The notes: generated from the letters alone by a model not told the origin. A stretch of 58,702 nucleotides of DNA from a bacterium (GCA_030697685.1 JAUYPF010000048.1:1-58702); one strand, 5' to 3'; numbered from the stretch's first letter, positions 28,027-37,047 are shown. Numbers and translations: made by a program.

Positions 28027-28489
28027 TATTGCAATCATTCGGATTCGAGGAAGAACAGGAGTAAATGGCAAAATAAATGATACTCTTGATATGATGAGAT
28101 TGTATAAACAAAATGGTTGTGTCATTGTTCCAAATAATCCAGTGTATCTTGGAATGATTCATCGTGCGAAAGATTATATTACTTGGGGAGAAATAGATAA
28201 AGAAACTTTTACTCTTCTTTTTACTAAGAGAGCACGAGTTGCAGCTAACAAAGCTCTTACTGATGATTATTTAAAAGAACATTTAAAGATGGATTCCAAA
28301 ACTTTTATTGAAGAATTTTTTGGACAGAAGAAAAAACTTAAAGATATTCCTGGGTTGAAACCTTATTTCCGACTACATCCTCCTAACAAAGGATTTGAAA
28401 GATGTGGAATTAAAAAACCATTTAGTATGGGTGGATCTCTTGGATATAGAAAAGATAAAATTAATGAACTAATTAAAAGGATGATCTAA
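28019..28489 (+). CDS. rpl30: 50S ribosomal protein uL30
   Basis: MNNIAIIRIRG... The ATG at 28019 sits 5 nt after ggagg. The track start at 28004 is an upstream TTG. Confidence 0.9.
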   Translation: MNNIAIIRIRGRTGVNGKINDTLDMMRLYKQNGCVIVPNNPVYLGMIHRAKDYITWGEIDKETFTLLFTKRARVAANKALTDDYLKEHLKMDSKTFIEEFFGQKKKLKDIPGLKPYFRLHPPNKGFERCGIKKPFSMGGSLGYRKDKINELIKRMI

Positions 28490-28490
28490 A

Positions 28491-28925
28491 ATGAAACGAA
28501 GTACTCCAAAAAAGAAGAACAAAGGATTCCGAGGCTATAAATCTCATGGTTGGGGCAGTAAGAAAAAGCACAGAGGAAAAGGTTCTCGTGGAGGAAAAGG
28601 AATGGCAGGTACTGGTAAAAGAGCAGATACTAAAAAGCCAACTATCATTAATTTATATGGAAATGATTACTTTGGAAAGAGAGGATTTGTTGTTCCTGAA
28701 GCAAAACCATACACTGCAATAAATATTCGTGATCTTAATGTTCTTGTAACAAAACATTTTATTAAAGGTGAGATTAATCTTAAGGATTATGGATATGGAA
28801 AACTTCTTGCAATGGGAGAACTTCATACAGCTTTGAAAATTACCGTAGAGCGGGCATCTAAGCAGACTATAGAAAAGGTTAAAAATGCTGGTGGTTCTAT
28901 AGTCATAGAAAGCAGCAAAGAATAG
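28491..28925 (+). CDS. rpl15: 50S ribosomal protein uL15
   Basis: GYKSHGWGSKKKHRGKGSRGGKGMAGTGKR. Confidence 0.93.
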   Translation: MKRSTPKKKNKGFRGYKSHGWGSKKKHRGKGSRGGKGMAGTGKRADTKKPTIINLYGNDYFGKRGFVVPEAKPYTAINIRDLNVLVTKHFIKGEINLKDYGYGKLLAMGELHTALKITVERASKQTIEKVKNAGGSIVIESSKE

Positions 28926-28937
28926 AGTTATCAAAAA

Positions 28938-30344
28938 ATGTCCTTCCTTAACAATGTTTTAATGAACTTGCCTGAGGTTCAAAGCCCTCTGCAAAAGAAA
29001 TTAGGATTTAAAGAAAAGTTACAGTGGACATTTATAATTCTTGTTGCATTCTTTCTTTTAGGGCTCATACCATTATATGGTTTAGGAGAAAACTCCCTTG
29101 CGCAGTTTGAATTTCTCTCTATTATTCTTGGAGCAAGTTTTGGTTCTATTATTTCTTTAGGAATTGGACCATTGGTTACTTCCTCCATTGTCTTGCAATT
29201 ATTGAATGGATCAGGTCTTGTTAAATTTGATCTTAATACAACAGAAGGGAAAAAACGATTTCAAGGTGTGCAAAAGTTACTATCTATTTTCTTTATCGTG
29301 TTTGAAGCAGGGATTTATGTTTTCATGGGTGGACTAGCACCATCAGCACTTCTTGATCCTTCACAATTTAGAACTATGGAATTTATCCTTGTTGGACAAT
29401 TGATTGTTGGTGGGGTTCTTATTCTGTTTATGGATGAAATTATTAGTAAGTGGGGATTTGGCTCTGGTATTTCTCTTTTTATCGCAGCAGGTGTTGCATC
29501 TGAAATTATGATTCGAGCGTTTAGTCCATTGACTAGTGCAGGAACATTTGCATTTGGAACAAGTCAAGATGCTGTTGGAAAAGTTTGGGTATTTATTTCT
29601 TCTCTTGCAAATCAAAATCCCACAGGAGCAATACTTGCACTGTCTTCTATTCTTGCAACTATTTTGATTTTCTTTGTTGTTGTTTATGTCCAAGCAATGA
29701 AAGTTGAAATTCCACTCTCCTTTGGAAGAATTCGAGGACATGGTATTCGCTGGCCATTAAATTTTCTTTATACCTCTAATATTCCAGTTATTCTTATTGC
29801 AGCATTACTTGCAAATGTTCAATTATGGGCAAGACTTTTAGAAAAATGGGGACATCCACTTTTAGGAACATATTCTGGTTCAAGTCCAATATCAGGATTT
29901 GTGCTTTGGATTACTCCACAAAATCTCGTGCAGGCAGTTATTACAGGAAGTCTCACGTTAAGTCATATTGCACAAGCATTGGTGTATTTACTTTTTATGG
30001 TTGTAGGAGCAATTATTTTTGGAATTTTTTGGGTGCAAACTTCTGGAATGGATGCAAGTGCGCAAGCACGAAACATGTTAAACTCTGGATTACAAATTCC
30101 TGGATTTAGGCGAGATCAAAGAGTTTTAGAAGCAATACTTAATAGGTATATTTTTCCTCTCACTGTTATGGGTGGAGCAGCAGTAGGAATTCTTGCAGCA
30201 AGTGCGGACCTTATGGGGGCATTGACACAGGGAACAGGAATTCTCTTAGCGGTTATGATTATCTATAAATTATATGAAGATATTGCTAACCATCACATGA
30301 TGGATATGCATCCTGCATTAGCGAAGATTATGACGAAGTCGTAA
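28938..30344 (+). CDS. secY: preprotein translocase subunit SecY
   Basis: 10-TM profile with SecY motifs (LGIGPLVTSSIVLQLL, FMDEIISKWGFGSGISLFI). Conserved position after uL15. Confidence 0.95.
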   Translation: MSFLNNVLMNLPEVQSPLQKKLGFKEKLQWTFIILVAFFLLGLIPLYGLGENSLAQFEFLSIILGASFGSIISLGIGPLVTSSIVLQLLNGSGLVKFDLNTTEGKKRFQGVQKLLSIFFIVFEAGIYVFMGGLAPSALLDPSQFRTMEFILVGQLIVGGVLILFMDEIISKWGFGSGISLFIAAGVASEIMIRAFSPLTSAGTFAFGTSQDAVGKVWVFISSLANQNPTGAILALSSILATILIFFVVVYVQAMKVEIPLSFGRIRGHGIRWPLNFLYTSNIPVILIAALLANVQLWARLLEKWGHPLLGTYSGSSPISGFVLWITPQNLVQAVITGSLTLSHIAQALVYLLFMVVGAIIFGIFWVQTSGMDASAQARNMLNSGLQIPGFRRDQRVLEAILNRYIFPLTVMGGAAVGILAASADLMGALTQGTGILLAVMIIYKLYEDIANHHMMDMHPALAKIMTKS

Positions 30345-30377
30345 GTATTATATACTCTAAATATTTGTTTCTCTTCT

Positions 30378-30833
30378 ATGAGTTTTATTGATTTTTTAAA
30401 TCCTGTATTGAATCCAGTGCTTGTACCATTGATGAGTATTCCTAATCCTTGGAATCTCCTTTTGCTTTCTTTTCTTATTACTTTGATTATGACTCTTATG
30501 TATAAATTTTTGACTGATCAGAAATTAATGAAAGAGTTAAAAGATGAAATGAAAGCGCTGCAAAAAGAAATGAAGATGCTCAAAGATAATCCTGAGAAAA
30601 TGATGGAAGTACAAAAAAAAGCAATGGAAAGGAATATGAAATATCTTTTACAGAGTTTGAAGCCTACGCTCATTACATTTATTCCTATTTTAATTATTTT
30701 TGAGTGGATTAGACAGTATTATATGAATATTAGTAATCCAGATGTACTTTTTGGCTTGAGTTGGATTTGGATTTATATCTTAGCATCTATTATTATGAGT
30801 TTAGGGTTGAGAAAGTTATTGAAGGTGCATTAG
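30378..30833 (+). CDS. DUF106 / EMC3-Oxa1-like archaeal membrane insertase homolog
   Basis: TM helix, then a charged coiled segment (KELKDEMKALQKEMKMLKDNPEKMMEVQKKAMERNM), then TM helices. Conserved position downstream of secY. Confidence 0.7.
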   Translation: MSFIDFLNPVLNPVLVPLMSIPNPWNLLLLSFLITLIMTLMYKFLTDQKLMKELKDEMKALQKEMKMLKDNPEKMMEVQKKAMERNMKYLLQSLKPTLITFIPILIIFEWIRQYYMNISNPDVLFGLSWIWIYILASIIMSLGLRKLLKVH

Positions 30834-31315
30834 TATGTAAAGGATCCTTCCACCGCATGTAATGCTTGGAATATTTTTCTCATTTGTTCAGTCTTTATTT
30901 TTACTGAATGTGTTCTTAATCCTATGTTGAATGCGCTATCTCTGTTTTCAAAAACTCCTGTATCAACAAAAATAGGAAGACTTTCTCTATGCCCAAAAGG
31001 AGGGACTGCACCTATCTGACAGCCTGTTTTCTCCAACACTTCTTCAGGTGTTGCCATACGTGTTTTTCCTTTTGACCAAGACTTTTTTTCTGCAACCGCT
31101 TTTATGTTTACTTTTCTATCTGCAGGGACATCAACAATAAGCCATTCATTATTTCCATTTGTCAGAACGATTGCTTTAATGCCTTGTTTGAGCTCAAATC
31201 CCCTTGTTTTTGCAGCATCTTCACTCGTCAGAACTGGTTCATGTTCTAAATATGTAGGCTGCATATTTTGCTGTTTAAAATAAGCCTTTATTCTTTCTAC
31301 TTCTTCCATTCCCAT
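30830..31315 (-). CDS. YbaK/ProX-type aminoacyl-tRNA deacylase domain protein
   Basis: IKAIVL...GCQIGAVPPFGH... pattern of the YbaK/aaRS-associated domain. Confidence 0.65.
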   Translation of the reverse strand: MGMEEVERIKAYFKQQNMQPTYLEHEPVLTSEDAAKTRGFELKQGIKAIVLTNGNNEWLIVDVPADRKVNIKAVAEKKSWSKGKTRMATPEEVLEKTGCQIGAVPPFGHRESLPIFVDTGVFENRDSAFNIGLRTHSVKIKTEQMRKIFQALHAVEGSFTY

Positions 31316-31352
31316 AGATTAAATGAAAAAAATGAGTCTTATATAACTTTCT

Positions 31353-32171
31353 TTATTTTCTAGAATCATATTGTAAAAGAATTTTTCTTAATCCAGAAGC
31401 AGTTTCATCATTTAAATCAGCAACTGCCTGTTCAGGATTTGCTATGAGTTGATTATAATATCCAATAAAAGGATTTTCTGCTTCGTGTGCTCCAGGCTCG
31501 CTGACGCTCGCAACACGACGACGTACCCCACGCAGGCGATCGTAACCATTGATATCACGACCATTGGCACCGAAGTCCGAATCGCTACCGAAATCATTCA
31601 GCCAAGACGCCCGCCCAACTGGACCTTCTTGTGTGTTTTCTTGAACATATGCAAGGTTGAGAACATAGACTCTTGTTTCTTTGACTCTTGCATCTGCAAG
31701 CATCTTCATCACTTGCATAAAAGCATAACCAGAGCCATGTACACGTTCTGCAAGTTTTCGTTCTTCAGAATTGAGAGTATCATAGTTTCTAGTTGGAATT
31801 GCAAGATATCTCCACTCAGCATTATCACCTTGTAATCGTAATTGCGTTAGATCAATGGAAACCGTACTATCGGCAGCAATTGCCTCTAAAGCTTCTTCTC
31901 GCGCAGGATGATAATTCCCAGAAGAAGTTAACTCAGCGAAAGCAGTATCAATGTGTCGCAAGACAAGATTATGATCCTGACGAGTTATGGATAAGCGAGC
32001 TTTCCCTTCATGCATATCATACAGATTTCCATCAGCAGTGTAAAAAGGAAGATTTCTTAATTCTATATTTGTAAAACTTTCTCTTTGCAATTCATCACTA
32101 TGGAGCATAGTTCCAGGCTCAGTCAAAGCATACGCGTCACGTAAATTACCAACAATATTTTCGAGTACCAT
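31353..32171 (-). CDS. hypothetical protein with a locally GC-rich coding segment (possibly foreign)
   Basis: 272-aa ORF. Nt 31501-31620 are about 57% G+C by hand count, in an otherwise AT-rich window. No motif recognised. Confidence 0.55.
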   Translation of the reverse strand: MVLENIVGNLRDAYALTEPGTMLHSDELQRESFTNIELRNLPFYTADGNLYDMHEGKARLSITRQDHNLVLRHIDTAFAELTSSGNYHPAREEALEAIAADSTVSIDLTQLRLQGDNAEWRYLAIPTRNYDTLNSEERKLAERVHGSGYAFMQVMKMLADARVKETRVYVLNLAYVQENTQEGPVGRASWLNDFGSDSDFGANGRDINGYDRLRGVRRRVASVSEPGAHEAENPFIGYYNQLIANPEQAVADLNDETASGLRKILLQYDSRK

Positions 32172-32231
32172 ACCTTTTGTTTTTTATTCCTTATTTATAA
32201 TATTATCCTTTGGTAGAGCGTCTAAGAAAGG

Positions 32232-32239
32232 CTTATAAA
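32232..32239 (+). promoter_or_regulatory. TATA box; leaderless eL34 transcript
   Basis: aaaggCTTATAAAccc lies about 27 nt upstream of the ATG at 32262. Confidence 0.5.
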
Positions 32240-32261
32240 CCCTTACTTTTTCTCATGTCCC

Positions 32262-32528
32262 ATGGCATTCAAACATAGAAATAGATCTTTTCGAAAAGTC
32301 TTGGTAAAACTTGCTAGTAAGGTTACCACACACTATAAGAAAAGAAATCCTGCAAAAGCACAATGCGGCGGATGTGGAAAAGAACTTCATGGAGTTCCAC
32401 GAGCACGAATAGTGAAGATGCAAAATCTGCCAAAAACAAAGAAAAGACCTGAAAGGCCTTATGGCGGAGTTTTTTGTTCAAAATGTATGAGAGAAACCAT
32501 GATAGCTAGGGCAAAAGCACAATCATAA
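32262..32528 (+). CDS. rpl34e: 50S ribosomal protein eL34
   Basis: RNRSFRKV...CGGCGKELHGV...CSKCMRE zinc-ribbon pattern. Confidence 0.9.
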   Translation: MAFKHRNRSFRKVLVKLASKVTTHYKKRNPAKAQCGGCGKELHGVPRARIVKMQNLPKTKKRPERPYGGVFCSKCMRETMIARAKAQS

Positions 32529-32598
32529 TCTCTTGTTGTCGAAAAAGACCTTTATGTGGTGACATATAAAGCGATGAAACAAGAAGGAGAAAACAAAA

Positions 32599-32967
32599 AT
32601 GTTGGAAATTGGAAGAGTTTGTATGAAAATTGCCGGTAGAGATGCTGGTAAAAAAGGTATAGTTATTGATATTCTTGATGATAATTATGTTCTTTTAGAT
32701 GGTGAAGTGCGAAGACGAAAATGTAATATCAACCACTTAGAACCTCTTGGAAAAACTGTTGAGCTGAAGAAAAATGCTTCTCATGCTGATGTTCTCAAAG
32801 CTCTTGGTTTGAAAGAAGAGAAGAAAAAAATAGGAAAGAAAAAAGAAAAATCTGCTCGACCACGAAAAGTAAATGTAAAGAAAACCTATGCAAGTCCTAA
32901 GAAGGAGAAAAAAGCAGTAGTGAAAGCTAAAGCTCCAAAAAAAGAAGTTAAGGTTAAGAAGAAATAA
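32599..32967 (+). CDS. rpl14e: 50S ribosomal protein eL14 (KOW) with a Lys-rich tail
   Basis: EIGRVCMKIAGRDAGKKGIVIDILDDNYVLLDG...RRRKCNINHLEP. Confidence 0.88.
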   Translation: MLEIGRVCMKIAGRDAGKKGIVIDILDDNYVLLDGEVRRRKCNINHLEPLGKTVELKKNASHADVLKALGLKEEKKKIGKKKEKSARPRKVNVKKTYASPKKEKKAVVKAKAPKKEVKVKKK

Positions 32968-32969
32968 TC

Positions 32970-33356
32970 ATGAATTCTCCACAGCACCAGCAAATGCAGG
33001 AATTGCAACAAGGTTTGCAAGGATTACAACAACAATTGCAACTTCTTCAGCAACAAAAAAATGAGCTAGAAAATTTAATTGATAGTTTGACAGAGCTAGG
33101 AAGTAAAAAAGAAGGAGATGCAGTTCTTATTCCTTTTGGTGCAGGCGTTTTTATCAAAGCAAAAGTAGAAACTACAGAAACAGTTATTCTAAATGTTGGA
33201 GCAAATGTTGTTGTGGAAAAAAGCATTGTAGATACTTTGGCGTTGGTTGCAAAACAAAGCAAAGAATTACATACTATTGAGCAGTCTATGCAAGAAGAAT
33301 TAGCACATATGAGCCAGCAACTGCAATTTTTACAATTGTCTCAAGCTTCAGAGTAA
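32970..33356 (+). CDS. pfdA: prefoldin alpha subunit
   Basis: Coiled coil, then the beta-hairpin core VLIPFGAGVFIKAKVETTETVILNVGANVVVEKS, then a coiled coil. Confidence 0.8.
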   Translation: MNSPQHQQMQELQQGLQGLQQQLQLLQQQKNELENLIDSLTELGSKKEGDAVLIPFGAGVFIKAKVETTETVILNVGANVVVEKSIVDTLALVAKQSKELHTIEQSMQEELAHMSQQLQFLQLSQASE

Positions 33357-33392
33357 ACAAATCCTTAAATAGCTTTTTTTCTTCTTATTCTT

Positions 33393-34742
33393 ATGCAAGA
33401 TATCTATTTTCAGTATTATAGCAGAAAAGATATACAAGAGGCAATGCTGAAAGTCTGTGAAGATAGAGAAGTTGTTCCACGATATGGTGAAGGCTTTGGA
33501 AAAAGACCTGATATGCTACAATATCCAGGAGATATTCTTGAGATGGCAAAAAAAGGAGCCACATCATTTCATATTTCTGAAGAACGATGGCATGACCCTT
33601 TATTATTGAAGGCAGGAATGAGCAAGAAAGATCTTGATGAGAATAGGAAAGGATGGGATTTGATCCTTGATATTGATACTGCACATTGGGATTATGCAAA
33701 GTGGACTGCGTATTTTCTTATTGAAGCAATGAAGTTTCATGATGTGAAGAATATTTCATTGAAATTTTCTGGAGGAAAAGGTTGGCATATTGCTGTACCA
33801 TTTGAATCTTTCCCGCAAGAAATGAATGGTGTGAAGACACATAAACTCTTTCCTGAAGGACCACGAATTATTACTGCATATCTGCAAAATATGATTCATG
33901 AAATGCTTGCAAATAAGATTCTTGAGAAAGAAAGCATTGCAAATATTTGCCAGAGGGTTGGAATGAAAAGAGCAGATATTTTCAAAGAAGGAAAGCTTGA
34001 TCCTTTTGTATTTATTGAAATTGATACTGTGCTCATTTCTAATAGACATCTTTTTCGTGCACCATATTCTTTGCATGAGAAAACTGGGCTGGTTTCTTTG
34101 CCAATAGATAAAGATAAAATACTGACTTTTGATAAAAGAGAAGCTGATCCTAAAATAGTCAAAACTGAAAAATGTTTTCTTGAGAAAAATGTGAGCAATG
34201 ATGGAAAAAATTTAATTATCCAAGCAATGGATTGGTGGGGAAAGAAACATGCAAAACAAGGGCCTGATGTTATTCCTGGGCAAAGAATGGAGAGGAGATT
34301 ACCTACAGATGCGGTTGCCGAAAATTGTTTTCCTCATTGTATGCAAAAAATACTTGTAGGGAATATGGATGATGGAAAGAAGCGAGCAGTATTTATTTTA
34401 GTTAATTTTTTAAGGCATATGAATTGGAATGACCAAGATATTGAGAAAAGGTTATTTGAATGGAATAATAAAAATAAAAATCCTTTACCTCCAAATTATA
34501 TTACAACACAACTCACGTGGAATAAAAAACAGAAAGAAAATATTCTTCCTCCTAATTGTAATAAATCTTACTACAAGGATTTACGTGTAGCTTGTCTCGA
34601 AAATGTTTGCAGCCGTTTTAAAAATCCTGTGAATTGTGCTTTACGTATGCATGCACAAGCAAAAGAACTGGAAAAGAAAAAGAAGCCTGTAAGTGAGTCT
34701 GAAAAAACTCTTAAAAAAACAGAGGACAAAGCTCCAAAATAA
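33393..34742 (+). CDS. priS: DNA primase: catalytic PriS domain fused to a PriL-CTD-like 4-Cys domain
   Basis: AEP motifs LILDIDT, FSGGKGWHI and HLFRAPYSLHEKTG. The C-terminal segment carries CFPHC...PPNC...VAC...NVC. Confidence 0.85.
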   Translation: MQDIYFQYYSRKDIQEAMLKVCEDREVVPRYGEGFGKRPDMLQYPGDILEMAKKGATSFHISEERWHDPLLLKAGMSKKDLDENRKGWDLILDIDTAHWDYAKWTAYFLIEAMKFHDVKNISLKFSGGKGWHIAVPFESFPQEMNGVKTHKLFPEGPRIITAYLQNMIHEMLANKILEKESIANICQRVGMKRADIFKEGKLDPFVFIEIDTVLISNRHLFRAPYSLHEKTGLVSLPIDKDKILTFDKREADPKIVKTEKCFLEKNVSNDGKNLIIQAMDWWGKKHAKQGPDVIPGQRMERRLPTDAVAENCFPHCMQKILVGNMDDGKKRAVFILVNFLRHMNWNDQDIEKRLFEWNNKNKNPLPPNYITTQLTWNKKQKENILPPNCNKSYYKDLRVACLENVCSRFKNPVNCALRMHAQAKELEKKKKPVSESEKTLKKTEDKAPK

Positions 34743-34796
34743 GTTGTTTTTTGCCTCACCCAAGGGTTTATAAATGACCTTCTAGGCACTTTACGT

Positions 34797-35129
34797 ATGG
34801 CATTTGACGAAGGAGAGAGTATTTATAGAGCGCTCGTACGAGATATTTGTATTCGAGCTTCTGATTCTTCTCAAGAGGTTCAAAGAGAAAAAACACTGCT
34901 TGAAGAAAAACTTGAAGCTTCTCTTGTAAATACATTAAAAACTCTTATTCCTGCTTGGAAGAGAAATGGTGGAATGGCTGAAATCAGTGTTGTCTATGCA
35001 TTACCAGCTAGTAACATGATTAGAGAAGATGTTGATAGTTACGAGAGAGTTGTTTATGGCACTGCAAAAAAGATTCTTCGCAAAAATGGATTTGTTCTTG
35101 AAGAAAATCGTTGGCATTATAGAAAGTAA
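34797..35129 (+). CDS. hypothetical protein
   Basis: 110-aa ORF. TATA (gggtttataaatg) lies about 27 nt upstream. Confidence 0.45.
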   Translation: MAFDEGESIYRALVRDICIRASDSSQEVQREKTLLEEKLEASLVNTLKTLIPAWKRNGGMAEISVVYALPASNMIREDVDSYERVVYGTAKKILRKNGFVLEENRWHYRK

Positions 35130-35161
35130 ATCTTTAATTAGTTTCAGTTTCTTTTTTTCTT

Positions 35162-35968
35162 ATGCTTTTTGTCACCGATCTTACTGGCTATATGTATTGC
35201 TCTCGAAAGCTCTATTTCTCTAAAGTTCTTCATGTACGAGAAAAACCTCAAGAACAGAGTATTAAAGGCACGATCAAACATGCTGTGTTTGAACATTCTG
35301 GACGAGAAGATAAAGACATTATTTTTGCGTTTACTGAAAAAGACACTTTAGAAATTTTAGAAATGAAGTATAGGAAGGTATATTATTCTGTGCTTATGTT
35401 CCAAATTCAACGAGCAAAAAAAGATCTTGAAGCACAAGGCTTGAAGACTTTAGAAATTTATCAAGAGTTGTGGCCATTCTTTCTTGCAGAAGCAAAAACA
35501 AAAAGTCTGTATTTCTATAATTTAGCTGAAGAAAAAAAAGTGTATGGAGAGAAATTATGGCTTGCTCTTCCTAAAAGTATTCCTGAGTTACGTATTGTTT
35601 CTGAAAAATTACAGCTTGTTGGAGTTATTGATAGAGTAGACCTTGTGGATGGATTTATTCCTGTAGAAATTAAAACAGGGAGTGCGCCACGTGATGGAGT
35701 GTGGAAAGAGCATATGATACAAATTGGAGCATACATATTGCTTCTGAGTGAACATTATGGGAAAGATATTTCTGAAGGATATGTAGAATATCGAGCAATT
35801 AATGAACGAAGAAAGATTGTTATGAATCCTTTTCTTAAAGATGAGATTTTGGAGTTGATTCAGAAAGTGAGAAATACTTTAAATCGTAAAGAATTGCCTG
35901 CTAAAACCAATGACATAAAAAAATGTGAGAAGTGTGGGATACGAGATATATGCTTTTCACAGGTCTAA
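35162..35968 (+). CDS. Cas4/RecB-like PD-(D/E)xK exonuclease with a 4-Cys cluster (stand-alone)
   Basis: N-terminal Cys (YMYCSRKLYF), GVIDRVDL, PVEIKTG, QIGAYILLL, and C-terminal CEKCGIRDIC. Confidence 0.8.
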   Translation: MLFVTDLTGYMYCSRKLYFSKVLHVREKPQEQSIKGTIKHAVFEHSGREDKDIIFAFTEKDTLEILEMKYRKVYYSVLMFQIQRAKKDLEAQGLKTLEIYQELWPFFLAEAKTKSLYFYNLAEEKKVYGEKLWLALPKSIPELRIVSEKLQLVGVIDRVDLVDGFIPVEIKTGSAPRDGVWKEHMIQIGAYILLLSEHYGKDISEGYVEYRAINERRKIVMNPFLKDEILELIQKVRNTLNRKELPAKTNDIKKCEKCGIRDICFSQV

Positions 35969-36465
35969 TGTACTCTTTTTTCGAGAAATTCTTTTCTTAC
36001 TTTTCTTGCAAGATGAAGCATCTTTGTTTTTGCGTTAGGAAATGAAGAATATTTTTCTTTGATAATTGGTTTTTTATCTGTACTATACTGAGGAATAATC
36101 TCTGTTTGTACAAGAATACCTTTTTTATTTTTTGTGTCAATTCGTACTTTTATAGGGATGTACCAAAAATGGTGTAATTCCCATTCTCCAATAATTGCGC
36201 GCTCTTGTGAAGTCATTTCCCAAAGTGTTCCGTGAACAACACTTCCCTTGCATGGAGTAATAATATAAGAAAGAAAAGTTTTTCCCCAGCCACATTTTTG
36301 TAAAAGAGATTGTGCTTTCGAAGGAACTTCTGAGAAGGATTGAAGAAAAAGACCATAGTCCTTAAGGATTGCTTTTTTTCCTTTGGCTTTTCTGCCCAAG
36401 AGAGCCTCTATCATCTCAGGATAGGCATTTGCTCCATATCCAAAATAGAATATTTTTTTCTCCAT
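35965..36465 (-). CDS. gamma-glutamylcyclotransferase / AIG2-like family protein
   Basis: N-terminal IFYFGYGANAYPEMI and later HGTLWEM. Weak family-level call. Confidence 0.45.
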   Translation of the reverse strand: MEKKIFYFGYGANAYPEMIEALLGRKAKGKKAILKDYGLFLQSFSEVPSKAQSLLQKCGWGKTFLSYIITPCKGSVVHGTLWEMTSQERAIIGEWELHHFWYIPIKVRIDTKNKKGILVQTEIIPQYSTDKKPIIKEKYSSFPNAKTKMLHLARKVRKEFLEKRVH

Positions 36466-36544
36466 TGTCTACAGAGAATGATAAATCTCTTTAAAAAGAC
36501 TTCTTTATAGCTTCTTAAATAGATTTTGGAGCCTATCGACAGGC

Positions 36545-36551
36545 TTATAAA
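36545..36551 (+). promoter_or_regulatory. TATA box of the 5S rRNA gene
   Basis: caggcTTATAAAcac lies about 27 nt upstream of the 5S 5' end. Confidence 0.5.
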
Positions 36552-36573
36552 CACTAGATTTTTCTTTTATAAT

Positions 36574-36690
36574 GTGAGCGGCCATAGTGGCCTGGTTCCA
36601 CCTGTTCCCATTTCGAACACAGCAGTGAAATAGGCCGACGTTCCGTTGTTGTACTGCATTAAATGCGGGAAGCTCGGTTCGCTGCTCCAC
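36574..36690 (+). rRNA. rrf: 5S ribosomal RNA (stand-alone)
   Basis: GAGCGGCCATAGTGG...CCACCTGTTCCCATTTCGAACACAGCAGTGAAA...GCTGCTC. The terminal helix is GAGCGGC/GCTGCTC and a T-rich tract follows. Confidence 0.9.
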
Positions 36691-36722
36691 CTTATATTTT
36701 CCTTTTTTAACTTCATACAAAA

Positions 36723-37031
36723 ATGGCAACAGAAAAACATATTGAAGTATTTCCTGGATCTCTTAGTGATTTAGAAAGAATGACTGGGCAGAGATTTATG
36801 TATATGCTATTTCCAGGATATTCAGCATTTCCAGAAGGCCCAGATGACCCTCCATCAGGTATATCTAAAATAGTAGTCGGACGAGCGCTCAAAGAAGAAG
36901 ATTTGGAAAATTCCATCAGAGAGGAAGCAGAAAAGTTTGGGGCAGATGCAGTTGTGAACGTTATTTATAGAGAATTTGCTCACCCTGATAGATATCGAGC
37001 CGCAGGCTCCCTAGTAAAATTAAAACCATAA
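36723..37031 (+). CDS. hypothetical protein
   Basis: 102-aa ORF starting 33 nt after the 5S gene. The GADAVVNV segment is faintly YbjQ/DUF74-like. Confidence 0.4.
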   Translation: MATEKHIEVFPGSLSDLERMTGQRFMYMLFPGYSAFPEGPDDPPSGISKIVVGRALKEEDLENSIREEAEKFGADAVVNVIYREFAHPDRYRAAGSLVKLKP

Positions 37032-37047
37032 TTTCTTCACTACAATA

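Noticed and set aside
36505-36916. ORFs 36505..36729 (-) and 36713..36916 (-).
   Set aside because: The first is the antisense of the 5S rRNA gene. The second is antisense to the better-supported plus-strand ORF 36723..37031.
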